Origin: Eledone cirrhosa | Taxonomy: Eukaryota | Direction of reading: 5' to 3' | NCBI GenBank assembly: GCA_964016885.1 | Contig: OZ024740.1 | Span: 275,280,001 to 275,344,000 of the forward strand | DNA length: 64,000 bases | In this document: in pieces, positions 12,926-25,842 of the stretch | Layout of the letters: each line of letters begins with the position of its first letter | How positions within the stretch are numbered: the stretch's first letter is position 1 | The notes under the pieces: generated by a model | The model's input: only the letters and a program-made list of their open reading frames with translations | Databases searched by the model: none | What the model was told of the DNA's origin: nothing | Program-made: the position numbers and the translations under genes

Positions 12926-13875
12926 TATGTCTTATGCCTAGTTTCTCTCTCACTTCTTTTATGCTTTGCCATTCACGTATATTACGGTTGCACATCCATC
13001 GAAGCATGGAGGCTTCATTTCTTTCCAATCTTCATAAGTCCTCTGCCCACAGTGGCCAGGCCTCACTATTATGCAAACATTGCTGCTCGTATTCATGTGT
13101 CATACAATCTGCCTTTCAATTTGAGGGAAAAGCCTTTTTTAGCTATTAGTAGCTCCCTGAACTTCTTCTATCCAATTCTCACTCTGGCTACTGTACTTTG
13201 AGAACGCCCACCCTGCTGCTAATTTGGTCACCTAATTAGCAGAAGCTGTCTACCGCTTCTACTGAACCTTCCCAGAATTCTATAGCGCTTGTTTCCTGTG
13301 ATCGTTGGTTATTTAATGCTCTGGTGCAATGGCTACATGTAAATCCTGCATTCTTAGATAAACTACCTGAGATCCCACTACATCTCTTGTGAACCCCTAG
13401 TTTGCATTTAGCACAGTGTATGGCATTTCTACCTACATCTTTCCTGCATACTGAGCATGGCCATTTCCCCGAGGGTATCTGGGTTCTGTTTTCCCTTCTA
13501 CTTATTGTAGAACTAATTCATTGTCAGGTTGACTTTAAGACCCTTTGTTTCCTGGCCATGCTTCCAGGTTTGGAATTTCTTCTCTAATTCTGTCATAGAT
13601 TCAGCTATGAATATACGATCATCCACATACAGTAGTTCCCATGGACAACCAGTCTCAAACTTTCCTGTTATAGCCTGCAGAACGATAATAAACAGGAGAG
13701 GGCTAAGAACAGAGCCTTGGTGTTTGCCAACTTGCATGCTAAATTCCTTGCTATAGTCATCTAATTTTGTTGACTGCTCCCCCATACATGGCTTGTACAG
13801 CCTTCACAAGCCACTCTTCTACTCTTAGTTTTCTAGGAGCTCACCAGATAATGGCACAAGGGTCTTTGTCAAAGG

Positions 13876-13877
<2 letters not shown>
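12925..13877 (-). mobile_element. RTE LINE RT/C-terminal fragment
   Basis: HQGSVLSPLLFIIVLQAIT..GCPWELLYVDD, similar to the copy at 10-11 kb. Truncated at (TA)n. Confidence 0.9.
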
Positions 13878-13922
<45 letters not shown>

Positions 13923-13987
13923 AAAGAAGATGAAATCAAAAATGCAACTGGAGTCATTTTTTATAAAAATATATATTTATTTGGTTC

Positions 13988-14023
13988 CTTTACCGGTTTC
14001 GTAGTTCTTCTGCTTTTCAAAAG
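13988..14023 (-). ncRNA. Minimal hammerhead, U3-A8 core variant (one stem II mismatch)
   Basis: Minus strand: ctt-TTGAAAA-gcag aagaa ctac-GAAA-ccgg-TA-aag. Confidence 0.6.
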
Positions 14024-15571
14024 TAGAATTGAGATGGAGGGTTTGTGGTTTTTCTCACATCTGGTTGGTGTTTGAATGTTACTTCTGTTTTATATGGAAA
14101 AAAGTGGCTCAAAATGCTAGGTTTTTAGAGAAGTAATTTGGGTGGTGAATATGTATAATAAATTTCGCGCCAGTTCGCATTACAAAGTTCTTATTATATT
14201 TGCCTTCAAAAAAAGGGTCGTGGTGGTGGGGGAGGGGGGTTTGGGGGCTCAGGTTGTTTTTTCATATATGAGTGAAGTTTGGTTGGTTGATGTAGTCACA
14301 TGAATAAGCACATCAGCTTTCGCGACAGTTTGTGTTTGAATTTCTTTTTACTTAAAAAACGGTGGCTCATGAAGGCTTTTTTTAATAAATGTAATTTGAT
14401 TGGTTATAAATGAAATTATGACTGTCACGTGAACAAGTACTTTAAATTTCGCGCCTGTATTTTGGAATTTGTTTTGTAGCCTTTTAGAGAATTTTGTGCC
14501 AAACAAAAGATAATGGTCAAGAAAAACGGGATGGGGAGAATTGTTCTGGTTCAGTGAATATGGCTGGTTCGCTGGGGTGTCAAAATTCAGACGTTCTATT
14601 GAACTAAAGAAAGTAGAGATATGTATGTTTATTTGTGTGCTTGTGTGTGTGTGGGTAGGAAGATGATTCTATTAGTAGAAATGGGGGAGGGAGTTGTTTG
14701 TGTGTTTATGGGTGTTATGTGTGTGGGGGGGAGTATGGTTAGCATGTTAAGATGGAGAGAATATATATTTTTTTGTGTGTGTAGGAAAATGATTCCATTA
14801 GTAGAAATGGGGTAGGGAGTTATATGTGTGTGGGGTGTGTGGTTAGCATGTTAAGGTGTTAGAGTATTAAGTATGTTAAGGTTTATTTAGTTCTGGTTTT
14901 TATTTTCTAAAATAGGTGTTATGTGTGTGTGTATGTATGTGTCTGTTTGGATGGTTAGCATGTTATGGTGTTGACATAATGTATATTAAACTATATTTAA
15001 TGCTGGTCTATATTTTTCAATAAATATATTTTCCTTATTTATTCGTATTTGTTCTGTTGTATTGTCAGCGCAAAGATAAAATGGGAAGACTTGGAATTTG
15101 GGTGTCTTATTACTTGCGCATATGTCTAGATGTGTACTTAGTGGTATCTGTCTAGTGGTCAGATCTCGTAATTGTTGGCGATGAACTGTCATTCTGTTTC
15201 TGAGTGTGAGTTTAGTTTGTCCTATATAATCTTCATTGCGTCCTTTACATTTAATGGCATAAAGTAGATTTTATGATGAGCAAGTGAAGTGATTTTTTGC
15301 AGCAAAATTTTGACCTGATTGAAATGTATATGTGTTGCCTTCAATGAGGTGAGTGCAGGTTCCACAATTAGAGCAACCATTTTTTTTTGACAGTTGGTTG
15401 TGGGTTTGTAATGTGAACGGGCACAACATTTATTATACTTATTCACCAACCAACCAAATTATTTCTCTAAAAACCTAACATTTTGAGCCACTTTTTTCCA
15501 TATAAAACAGAAGTAACATTCAAACATCAACCAGACGTGAGAAAAACCACAAACCCTCCATCTCAATTCTA

Positions 15572-15607
15572 CTTTTGAAAAGCAGAAGAACTGCGAAACC
15601 GGTAAAG
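15572..15607 (+). ncRNA. Minimal hammerhead, U3-A8 core variant
   Basis: ctt-TTGAAAA-gcag aagaa ctgc-GAAA-ccgg-TA-aag. Stems I and II are perfect, and stem III is the palindrome ACCGGT. Confidence 0.7.
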
Positions 15608-16409
15608 GAACCAAATAAATATATATTTTTATAAAAAAAGACTCCAGTTGCATTTTCAATTTCATCTTTTTTCCTTATACTTTCACTCGTGTAGGACACT
15701 CGTGTAGGACACCTCGGTTATTTTTCATTTTGTAAAAAAAACCTCACTTTCTAATATATATATATATAGTGTAAATTTGGACGGGAACAAAACAGAGAGG
15801 CAGACAAATAAAGGTTTATTAGGTTCACGCTCTTGAGAGTGTGTGTGTGGGGGGGGGGGGGGCTAATCATCAGCATCACCATCTTACATGTGATGTTCCA
15901 TAATTGCATAGATCGGATGGATGTATTCCAGCACATGCACATCATCACTCTATTCATTATTCATTGCATTCCTTCATCATTTCCTCTGTGTACTTCAGCA
16001 ATTCCTGATCAGTTCTCAACCTATCTGCCCTGGAGTTCTTGATCTTCTTAAACTGCAGCTATCTTCCACTGGAATATTCTGTCACTTCTTTATCCAACGT
16101 TCATTATCAAAAATGGACTAGTGGGGGAAGGGTTTAATTGCCTTGAGTGTAAGTGTGAAAAATTGTAACATTTTTCCTAACCTCTCATGCTTCTTAATTA
16201 AGGTGGGAGCACCAAAAGTATCTTTACCTATGATAGTATACCTTGTACTATACACTATATTATTTCTAAAAATAGAGAAGTTGGGATAGTCATGGCTGGA
16301 ATACTTTTGGTCACATCTTTTCCAACACTGCCAGCTTGGGGATAAACAATAAAATCAATGTTATCATTTGGTAAAACCTCCAATTAATATAAAGCTGTTT
16401 GTATAATAT

Positions 16410-16594
16410 AATTGTTTCTACGTTAGGCACAAGGCCAGCAATTAACCAGTGCATTACTGGTACTTTATTTTATCGACCCCGTAAGGATGAAAGGCAAAGT
16501 TAACCTTGGCGGGATTTGAACTCAGAATGGCAAGGGCCATAACTCTATACGTCAAAGCATGGTGTCCGACCCTCTACCAATACTGCCAATCCAA
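16410..16594 (-). mobile_element. SINE family A copy
   Basis: Near-consensus reverse-complement copy. Confidence 0.85.
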
Positions 16595-17551
16595 CCTAAA
16601 GCTGTTTGTATAATATAATGAACAATAAGTCATCTATCTTTTGTATCCAGCTGTACTTTATGACAACAAATTTCATGCTGTTTTCAAAGACTTAGAATCG
16701 GTTCTTAACAAAATATACATGTAAAATTTACTGTCAATATAATATACATAACGAAATATACATGTTCAATTTCTTTGTTTATTTTAAATTAACAGATTTC
16801 TTATGGGGAACATGGTAATCGGATTTTCTGAAAGTCTGTAGAAAATTTTTGTGATTATGTGAATTTTGCAAAAATATGTATATTACATATGTCAATATCT
16901 GCATATATAAAGAATGCAGCTAAATTTGTTAGTATATGGTTGTTTAAAAAAAATATTAAATAAGAAATCAGCAAGCAGATTGTAGCAATATGCTAATGAA
17001 AACAGGTTTGGATGTAAAATCATATATATTTGCATGCAAAATCATGCAAGTCCACTGCTTGGTATATAGAAGCTAAAAGAAATATTAGGTTTATAAGGAG
17101 ATTTATATAACATATACATATTTATTATGATGATCATCATCATCATCATCATCATCACTATCATTACAATTATTTTCCTTCTCCCCTTCTTCCATCATCA
17201 CCTGATTCAATGGTTATACACAAAGTTTAATATTCATTAAACTTTAAACATTGTCAATAAGTTAAACATTTTACTTTATTGATAACTTTGGATCTGTAAA
17301 AATCCTTGTTCAAATTTATGAACACTTGATGCTGATGGAACTAGGATTGTCTGAAATGGTGACTTACATTACTTGAAGCAGTCTAAATTCATTTTTGCCT
17401 CGTTTCATCAACATCATTATCATTTTATGTACATTTCTCTATACTTGCCCATACTGTATCCCTCCATTTTGTCTTTCCTTTCTTATCTCCATTGTTAGAT
17501 TCAAGATCCTTAGATCTGCTCTGACCACTAACATCAATCACTCTAGCCGTA

Positions 17552-17982
17552 ATAATTGTTTCTACTTTTGGCACAAGGCCAGCAATTACCCAGTGCATTA
17601 CTGGTACTTTATTTTATCGACCCCGTAAGGATGAAAGGCAAAGTAAACCTCGGCTGGATTTGAACTCAGAATGGCAAGGACCGTAACTCTATACGTCAAA
17701 GCATGGCGTCCGACCCTCTACCGATACTGCCAATTCACCGCCCTAGATAACAACAACAATAATGATAATGGTTTCTTTCATTATTTATTTTATCATTATT
17801 ATGGTGGATTGGCAGTATCGGTAGAGGGTCAGGTGCCATGCTTTGCAGCATTGAGTTATGGCCCTGTATGGTGTGAGTTCAAATCCCGCTGAAGTTAACT
17901 TTGCTTTTGATCCTTACGGGGGTCGATAAAATAAAGTACCAGTAATGCACTGGGACAATTGCTGGCCTTGTGCCAAAAAAAA

Positions 17983-18015
<33 letters not shown>

Positions 18016-18462
18016 GGATTGGCAATATTGGTAAAGTGTTAGGCAACATGCTTTGTGGCATAGAGTTACAGCCCATTACACTCTGCATTCAAATCCCAAG
18101 GTTAGCTTTGCCTTTCATCCTTATGGAGTCAATAAAATAAAGTACCACTAATCCACTGGGGTTGATTTAATCGACTTTTCCCTTCCCAAAATTTGTTGGC
18201 CTTCTGCCTAAATTAGAAACTATTATTATTATTATCATTATCAAAGGGCGGTAGATTAATATTATTATCAAAGGGCGGTGGATTGGCAGTATCGGGAGAG
18301 GGTTGGACGCCATGTTTTGTCGCATTGAGTTACAGCCCTTGCCATTCTGAGTTCAAATCCCGCCGAGGTTAACTTTGCCTTTCATCCTTACGGGGTCGAT
18401 AAAATAAAGTACCATTAATACACTGGGTAATTGCTGGCCTTGTGCCAAAAGTAGAAACAATT
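17552..18462. mobile_element. Cluster of four family A SINEs (17552-17743 minus; 17802-17980, 18014-18222, 18274-18462 plus)
   Basis: A-box tggcagtatcgg, B-box gagttcaaatcc, conserved body, and (ATT)n tails. Confidence 0.9.
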
Positions 18463-18984
18463 ATTATTATTATCATTGAAGATTCCCCCAACTGCCTTCT
18501 TTTGGCCAAGAAGTGCAGGCAGTTTTCTTCTGTCTGGTGGCGATGTCAAAAGATACGACTGAAAAGACTGAAGACCAACACATTCATCTTGTCCCAGCCT
18601 CCATCTCTCCCACTCTCTCCATCTCTCACTATTGGTAGTAAATGGAGGGGCATGCATTGGCACTCTGTTTCCCTCTGTTGTGTGGTGGATATGACTGAAA
18701 AGACTGAAGACCAACACATTCATCTTCAGCCAAGCCATTATCAACTTTTTCCAGTTCAACTTGTAAAGGATACTGAGAGTAGAGGGGAAAGTGCTGCCTC
18801 CACTGTATATTTTTTGAAAAGTGGATGAAAATTACAAATATGGCCAAAGTGAATGGGGCTACTGAGAGCTTGCATCTATAGTCTGAGAGACAATAGTAAA
18901 GAGAGAATGCTTACTCATCCTAAAGTGGGTGTGTCAGGTTTAAATAACAAAAATCATTCTCTCTTATATACACATATATACACC

Positions 18985-19310
18985 AGGTCTGAACACAAAA
19001 TAATCAAATTCCCACTGTCACTGCCTACGTCTCTACCGCTCTCTCCATCTCTCTCCATCCCTCACTATTGGTAGTAAATGGAGGCCCACACATTACCCAC
19101 CCCGTGGCCCCATACGACTGAATAGAGAAGGCGTTTCCCAGGAGGATGGTAAGGGAGATGCGCTGGAAGAATCAGTGCAACTCACAAGGTTCTCACCTGC
19201 AGGTATCCATCTCTGTGCCAATGATGGGAGCAGGGAAGTGGCTCTAGGGCCAAGGATTCCAGAAGTCTCCACTGCCACGAGCTCGGCTGCAAACCTGTTA
19301 GAGAGCAGAA
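18985..19310 (-). mobile_element. 3' end of a CRE-like (restriction-like endonuclease) non-LTR element
   Basis: AVETSGILGPRATSLL..; the same family occurs at 24285-24572, 34845-34950 and 48487-48650. Confidence 0.65.
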
Positions 19311-19582
19311 TTATGAACTCTTACCATTGTTTGATAGTTATGTGTATATAGATGGAAGCTGTCATCATCATCATCATCATCATCATCGTTTAACGTCCAT
19401 ATACCACGCTTGCATGGGTTTGGACGGGAGTTTTCCCACTTGAGGCAAGAGTGGTTGTCTTGCTCGCATAGGACTGTCTGGCTGGTTTTCTACGGCTGGA
19501 TGCCCTTCCTAACACCAACCACATTTACTGTGTAGAAGTTTATCTTATATATGATATATATATGTTATATATATGATATATA

Positions 19583-19870
19583 AAGGTTGTGAGTTCAATT
19601 CTCAGACTGGGTGATGTGTTGTTTCCTTGAGCAAGACACTTTATTTCACATTGCTCTAGTTTACTCAGCTGTAGAAATGAGATGATAGGGACTGGGGTCC
19701 CTATCATTCCACTACAAAGTGGTCATGGAGGTGCCATGGCAAAAAAGCACCCATCACTCACTGTAAATGAGGTTGGTGTTAGGAAGGGCATCCAGCTGTA
19801 GAAATCAAGCCTGCATCAGTTCCCGTCCCACCCTTGCAAGCAGGGAAAAAGCGGACGTAAAATGAAATGA
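19583..19870 (+). mobile_element. Composite SINE family C (5' truncated)
   Basis: gagttcaattc B-box, ccttgagcaagacacttt core, and gttaggaagggcatccagc plus an RTE-type tail. Confidence 0.8.
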
Positions 19871-19980
19871 AAATGAAATATGTGTGTGTTGCAGTGTGTA
19901 AACAAAAAAAGTAAATACACAACATGTCAAAATAAAATTTGTTTTCGTTCTGAAAATAGTGGATATTTAAATGTATTTGT

Positions 19981-20338
19981 GAGTGAATAATAATATTATA
20001 ATAATATCAATAATATTATTAATATTCGGTTTGTTTGCAAGCAAACAGCTTCATAAACAGCATGCTCAGTATGCAAATGAGACTAATCAGCCAATGCAAA
20101 CATTTGAGAATACTATGTTTTCTCAGCAGTTTCAGTGGGTAACAGTGACGAGAATACACAATCTTGATAAGGGGCAAACACTCCAAAATAATTGTCAATT
20201 GTTTACTCTCAGCTACTGCTGGAACAAAAGGATGACGTTGGTCATCTAACACATGGTGTTTGTGAGGCTGTTTGCTTGTAAACAAACTGATTATTTATAA
20301 TATTATGGTATCATTATAATATTATAATTATTCACTCA
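19981..20338. mobile_element. Foldback/MITE with ~85-bp terminal inverted repeats
   Basis: gagtgaataat..gcaagcaaacagc..catg (19981-20065) mirrors 20251-20338. No clear TSD. Confidence 0.6.
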
Positions 20339-20779
20339 TGACTACATGTCAAAATAATTGTTGCTATTTATCCAAAAGCACTTCATACATAACTACCTTG
20401 TTTTATTTTTTCATATATAATATATCTAGGACTACATTTTTCAAGGATTTTTTCCTTTGTGAGATAGTGAGTGGCATTTAAGGAAGTTTTGGCTGCTACA
20501 ACACACGTATCAAATAACCACATAGAGGTGTTGCTGTTGCATCAACGTGTCATGGGGCGAGGTTCTGAAAGTAGAAGCTTAATTTTTTTACTCTACTTTG
20601 GTGGACTTTCATGCAATTCAATTGAAAGAAACTTGAGAATTATAACAAAGTAAAATTTCTCCTGCCAGCAAATGAATAAATAATGTTCCACGGGTATTGA
20701 GTACTCCTCTCTGTTATTCACACACACGCACACACACACGCACATATATATATATACATATATATATATACATACGTAT

Positions 20780-20822
<43 letters not shown>

Positions 20823-20874
20823 GTATATATATATACATATATATATGTATATATATATGTGTGTGTGTGTGTAT

Positions 20875-21520
20875 AAAGGCCACTAATCACTCAAAGTTGC
20901 ATCACTCGACCTTAAATACAGTGTGTGTCTCAGATCAAATCATCAGAATACTGGAGGGTGTAACACATGGCATTGGTATTTATAGAAACAACGGAGAATC
21001 AAAACAATAAAATCAATAATAAAAGATAATAAAAGATAATAAAAGATAATAAAGAAGTTAGAATGAAAATGAAAAAGATGTAAAAAATAAGTAAAAAATA
21101 AGTACAGAATATGATTGCGGTGGATAATAGTAGTGGTGGTGGTGGTGGTGGTAGTTGAAGTTAGAGTGGTGAGTAAGTGGATGTGTAAAGTAGTGATGAT
21201 GGTAGATATAACAATAACATGAAAAGAAACATTAAATGCATATGTAGTGTAAATGCAAGAGGTATGAAGAAATCATCTTTATCATTTTCATTCTAACTTC
21301 TTTTTTATTATCTTTTAATATTGATGTTATTGTTTTGATTCTCCGATGTATCTATAAATACCAATGCCATGTGTTACACCTTCCAGTATTCCGATGATTT
21401 GATCAGAGACACACACTGTATTTAAGGTCGAGTGATGCAACTTCGAGTGATTAGCAGCCTTTAGACTCACCTGATCAATGAAACAATTGTTAATACTGTA
21501 AATAAAACCATTTTTGTACA
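20875..21520 (+). mobile_element. PLE-type terminal module with truncated inverted copy
   Basis: Inverted arms 20875-21080 / 21274-21462. The right arm runs on into a complete hammerhead followed by AATAAA. Confidence 0.7.
21384..21498 (+). ncRNA. Type I hammerhead with very long stem II (U4->C in this copy)
   Basis: cagtatt-CCGATGA-t ttgatcag[64 nt]ctgatcaa t-GAAA-caattg-TT-aatactg. Stem I is 7 bp and stem II 8 bp. The inverted copy reads CTGATGA. Confidence 0.7.
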
Positions 21521-21539
21521 GCCGACCATGTTATAGAAA

Positions 21540-22600
21540 GAAAGGATCTCAAAATCAACCTGACAAAGACTAAGGTCCTTGTAAGTAGACGAGAAAACAG
21601 AACCCAGATCCCCTCAGGGAAATGGCCTTGCTCAGTATGTAGGAAAGATGTAGGTAGGAACTCCATCCTCTGTCCCAAATGCAAACAATGGGTACATAAG
21701 AGATGTAGTGGGATCTCAGGAAGCTTAACTAAGAATGTAGGCTTCACATGTAGCAGCTGTGCTGGGACAGCAAGCAGCAAAAAGCCTAGGAAACAAGCAC
21801 CCCCAAACTCTGGGAGGGCTCTGTAGAAACAGTAGACAGCTTCTGCTACCTAGGTGACCGAATAAGCAGTGGAGCTGGGTGTTCGGAAAGTACAATAACT
21901 AGGGTAAGAACGGGATGGAATAAGTTCAGGGAGCTACTGCCACTGCTAGCTGAAAAAGGCTTTTCCCTCAAAGTGAAAGGCAGACTGTATGATGTGTGTA
22001 TACGAACAGCAATGTTACATGGTAGTGAGACCTGGGTGCTGTCTGTGGAAGACTTGCATAGATTAGAAAGAAACAAAGCCTGCATATTCCGATGGATGTG
22101 TAATAGTAATATACGCGAATGGCAAAACATAAATGAATTGAGAGAGAGACTGAGCATAAGAGGAATCAAATGCTGTGTGCAGGAGAGGAGGTTGTGTTGG
22201 TATGGACATGTGATGCGTATGAAGGATGACAGCTGCATAAAAAGGTGCAGGGTACTAGAAGTTAATGGAAGCCGTAATACAGTAATACAGAAGCCCCTAC
22301 CCACCACAGGTACAAGCCGAAGCTGAAGCATATAAAAAATATGCCCCACACCCTCCCACTACAGATTGGTCGTGGAGGCGCCATGGCAAAAAAGCACCCA
22401 GCCCACACTCTAAAGTGGACGTGTAGGCACCACGGAAAAAAAGCACACAGCATTCACTGTAAATGACGTTGGTGTTAGGAAGGGCATCTAGCCGTAGAAA
22501 TCAAGCCAGAATCAGTTCCCATATGAGCAAGACATAGTCAGCCGACTGGGCACTGCCCACAACAGGACAACCCGTTTAACCCATGCTAGCGTGGAATATA

Positions 22601-22602
<2 letters not shown>
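21540..22602 (+). mobile_element. RTE LINE 3' fragment with long 3' UTR
   Basis: Cys/His finger, FCYLGD, KGRLYDVCIRTAMLHGSETW and RRLCWYGHV, followed by a family B-like tail. Confidence 0.9.
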
Positions 22603-22635
<33 letters not shown>

Positions 22636-22679
22636 CAAGAAAACGAAAAATCAGTGATGCATCTGGACTTAGTTTATTT

Positions 22680-22770
22680 CGTGTTACAAATGTTTCGCCG
22701 GCATGTAGCTCGGGTCATGGTCCTTGTATGGATCTGATTGATTCTACTTCTGTGGGTTCTTTCAGACACG
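22680..22770 (-). ncRNA. Degenerate long-stem-II hammerhead
   Basis: Minus strand: cgtgt-CTGAAAGA..[~60 nt]..c-GAAA-catttg-TA-acacg-aaataaa. Stem I is a perfect 5 bp. It lies in a module bounded by (TA)n. Confidence 0.5.
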
Positions 22771-22862
22771 GCTGTTATGTCCGGAGCAAATTTTATCACT
22801 GATGAATATCGAGTGCTAACTTTGGCATACCGCCTATGGAAGCACCATAGCTACCACTATAC

Positions 22863-22899
<37 letters not shown>

Positions 22900-22903
<4 letters not shown>

Positions 22904-23038
22904 TCCAGAATTAGCCGTCGAAACGGGTTGAGCTCAGCCATCGGGGTCCTACTCGTTCCTATTACCCACTCTACTACCCTAAGTATTGAGTACTTTGGTG
23001 CGTTATGGTCCACCTGGTTCCTTACCACATTTTCTCCG

Positions 23039-23042
<4 letters not shown>
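22900..23042 (+). repeat. Short (TA)n-embedded repeat family (probable PLE terminus)
   Basis: The same sequence occurs at 46078-46150, 52245-52413 and 52435-52606. Confidence 0.7.
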
Positions 23043-23075
<33 letters not shown>

Positions 23076-24284
23076 TGTATGTGAATTATGTGTTTGGGTG
23101 CTTTGATATTTCAAAGTAGAAATAAATATTGTTCAGGGAAGATTGGTGTTTTCCCTGAATAGGAAATTATCAGCGGAGCAAGGTTCAATTTTGGAATGAC
23201 AAATAGTGCATCAATCAAATAACGAACATTAAAGAGATGATTGATAAGGTCTGCCACTAACTTTAAAACATTAACCTTTGTTTTATTGATGACAGTAAAA
23301 CACTTAATTGTATTGATCACAGCATGTTTTATAAATATCTATCTATCTATCTATATATATATATATATATATACATATATCATCATCATCATCTTTTTCC
23401 ATTAACATCTAGCACTATTCGACATCTATTTTTCATGCTTGCATGGGTGAGATGGGTTGTCACCTACGTAGGCTATACTGATCAAGTGACCATGCTGTGT
23501 TTGTACACACCATTTTGGCTTGATGTCCTGTAGCTGGATGTCCTTCTTCATGCCAACCTCTTTACAGCATGTTCTGGAAGCATGGTGTTTTAGGCTGGAT
23601 GCCTTTCCTGTTGCTAGCCACTTTACATGTACTGAGAGTATTTTATCATGACTCTAGCATTAACACCTTTCAGAGTGGACAGGGTGATATTTGTCACAAC
23701 ACAAATATTCTTTTGCATATCATTATTTGTGACATTTCATTACTCACAAGTATCAATCACCACTCAATGTAATATGCTAACTGTTTAAATAAACATACAT
23801 TTATATAGACTGGTTTACAGTTTAATATTTTCATGTTTGTTTATCCCTTTAGCATTTAAATCGGCCATATCCAGCCAGAATTCTTTCATCACTTTCTGTT
23901 CAAACGGGCTGCAACCAGCCCCTTATCCAACATTAAGGTATTGTTGTCAAAATAAATAAAATCAAAATCTCATAGAATCGATATTATGTGAGATAATTAT
24001 GTGAAATATAGCCTTTACCATAAAAATATAATATAGAGTAATGTAAATAGTAAAGGGTTAATCCATACAGCAAAATAACATGGAAAAAAGCAAAACAGTT
24101 GTTACCAATCTGTTGTATGTAAGTTGACAATTATCTGAGCGAAGAGAAAAGAAAAGAACTAATTGATTACTTAATAAGGAAATGAAGAAGTACAAAAAAG
24201 GAGTGCACTTACATCAGAATTCATTGGAAATGAATGTTATGCTAGCAAGTGTTGTAGGAGCAAAATGACTTTGTATTTCTGGGA

Positions 24285-24572
24285 ACTTATCAGTGGAGAT
24301 TTCTGGTGCCCTTGGCCCTAGCGCTACTTCCCTACTCACTACCATTGGCACAGAGTTGGCTGCCTGCTGGTGTGAGCCTTGCGAGCAGAAATGGCTTTTC
24401 CAGAAAATCTCCCTCACCATTCTCTGGGGAAATGCCTTCTCTATTCTGTCCACCGAAGCTGTGGGGCTGCCAGTGTATGGGCCCCTTTTGCTCATAATAG
24501 TATGAGATGGAGAAAGCTGGAGAGACGGTGGCAGTGATGGTGGGATTTTGGTTCCTTTTGTGTTCGAACATG
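24285..24572 (+). mobile_element. CRE-like non-LTR 3' fragment
   Basis: VEISGALGPSATSLLTTIG..WLFQKISLTILWGNAFSILS, followed by the shared 3' UTR. Confidence 0.75.
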
Positions 24573-25660
24573 GTGTATATGTATATGTTTCACAGAGACA
24601 CACACTCACACTGAGGTAATTGTCACTGTTGTTGTATAATAATAGATAGGAATATAGAGGTGAAATCTGAAGAAAACTTGGGTTCAGTTCATTGAACAGA
24701 AACCTATATAAATTTCTAGCTATGTATATATATGCATGTGAGCATATATGTATGTGAATGTGCGTGTGTGTATTTGGATTTATAACTAGTATAAACTCTA
24801 ATAGAGTTTATTCGTTTACCACAAAATCAGACACAAGCGTCTGCTTGATAATGAATTGTATATAGAAAAATGTTGAGATGGTCATGGCTGGAAAGCCTTT
24901 GATCACATATCCACTTAATCAGAGTTGACACGTGACTAAATGGCGGCAATAACATGGGCACACATTTAGGCAAACTGAATCAATTGACCTGCTAGTAATA
25001 ACAGACAAATTTCCTTTAAATTATACCTGACTACATATAAAAAAAAAAAGCTAAGGACGCATTTGTATAGTATGGACCTAGATACACTTTGTCTAAAATA
25101 TAAGATGGTGTCACCACAGCTCGAATGCCTTTAATCATAAATAAATCTGCTGAATCAGTGATCAACCTAACAGTCAAAAACATGAACAACATCCATGACC
25201 CACCATTAAAATTGAGGCCAACAGACGTTTGTATCATACCCAAAGACATTTTATATACAAAATGACTGCTGTATTAAATTTTGAAATGATTATTTTGTGA
25301 TTAGTAGCTCTTCTCTGTTTTAACCTTATGACCATATTGTACCCAACAGGATATAATTAAACTTTGTAAGTATTCAGCTATATGTCGGAAATTATTTTCA
25401 ATTGGTTTGAACATTTTGTTGAATAATTAATAAGATAAGAAGAATATATTTAAATGTCTGTCTGATTAGTAATTGTTTGTCGGTGTTTGAAATTCACCAT
25501 CACACCATTTATTCTAAAATTGAACTCCAAAGTTTGATCAAAGTAAATGTATATGTATAAAATTTTTTTTTATAGTGATTGATTGGATAACATTTCTAGA
25601 ATGGATAATCAATTTCATTAACCCTTTATATTGCTGGTATATATTTTCATGAATCTAAAA

Positions 25661-25842
25661 CAGGGTTTCCCAAACTTTTTCAAACGTGGAACCTTTTTTG
25701 GTTCTGAAACTTGGGGGAACCCCAAAGTCTAATACTGTTATACAGTCGTAATATAAATATACTCCTTTCCTTTTTTCACAGGACCCTATACACTCCTTTG
25801 CAGAACTCTTGGATTCTGTGGAAACGACATTGGGAACCACTA
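25661..25842. mobile_element. hAT MITE
   Basis: TIRs cagggtttcccaa / ttgggaaccacta; 8-bp TSD atctaaaa/atctaaag. Confidence 0.8.

Larger units (their letters stand above)
13918..15750 (-). mobile_element. 5'-truncated Penelope-like element with inverted pseudo-LTR
   Basis: Minus strand 14986-15228 reads YIGQTKLTLRNRMTVHRQQ..HL..E..FI.KY.P.LN, the GIY-YIG C-terminal half. ~265-bp inverted repeats (13918-14186 / ~15405-15679) each carry a hammerhead. (TA)n flanks. Confidence 0.85.
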
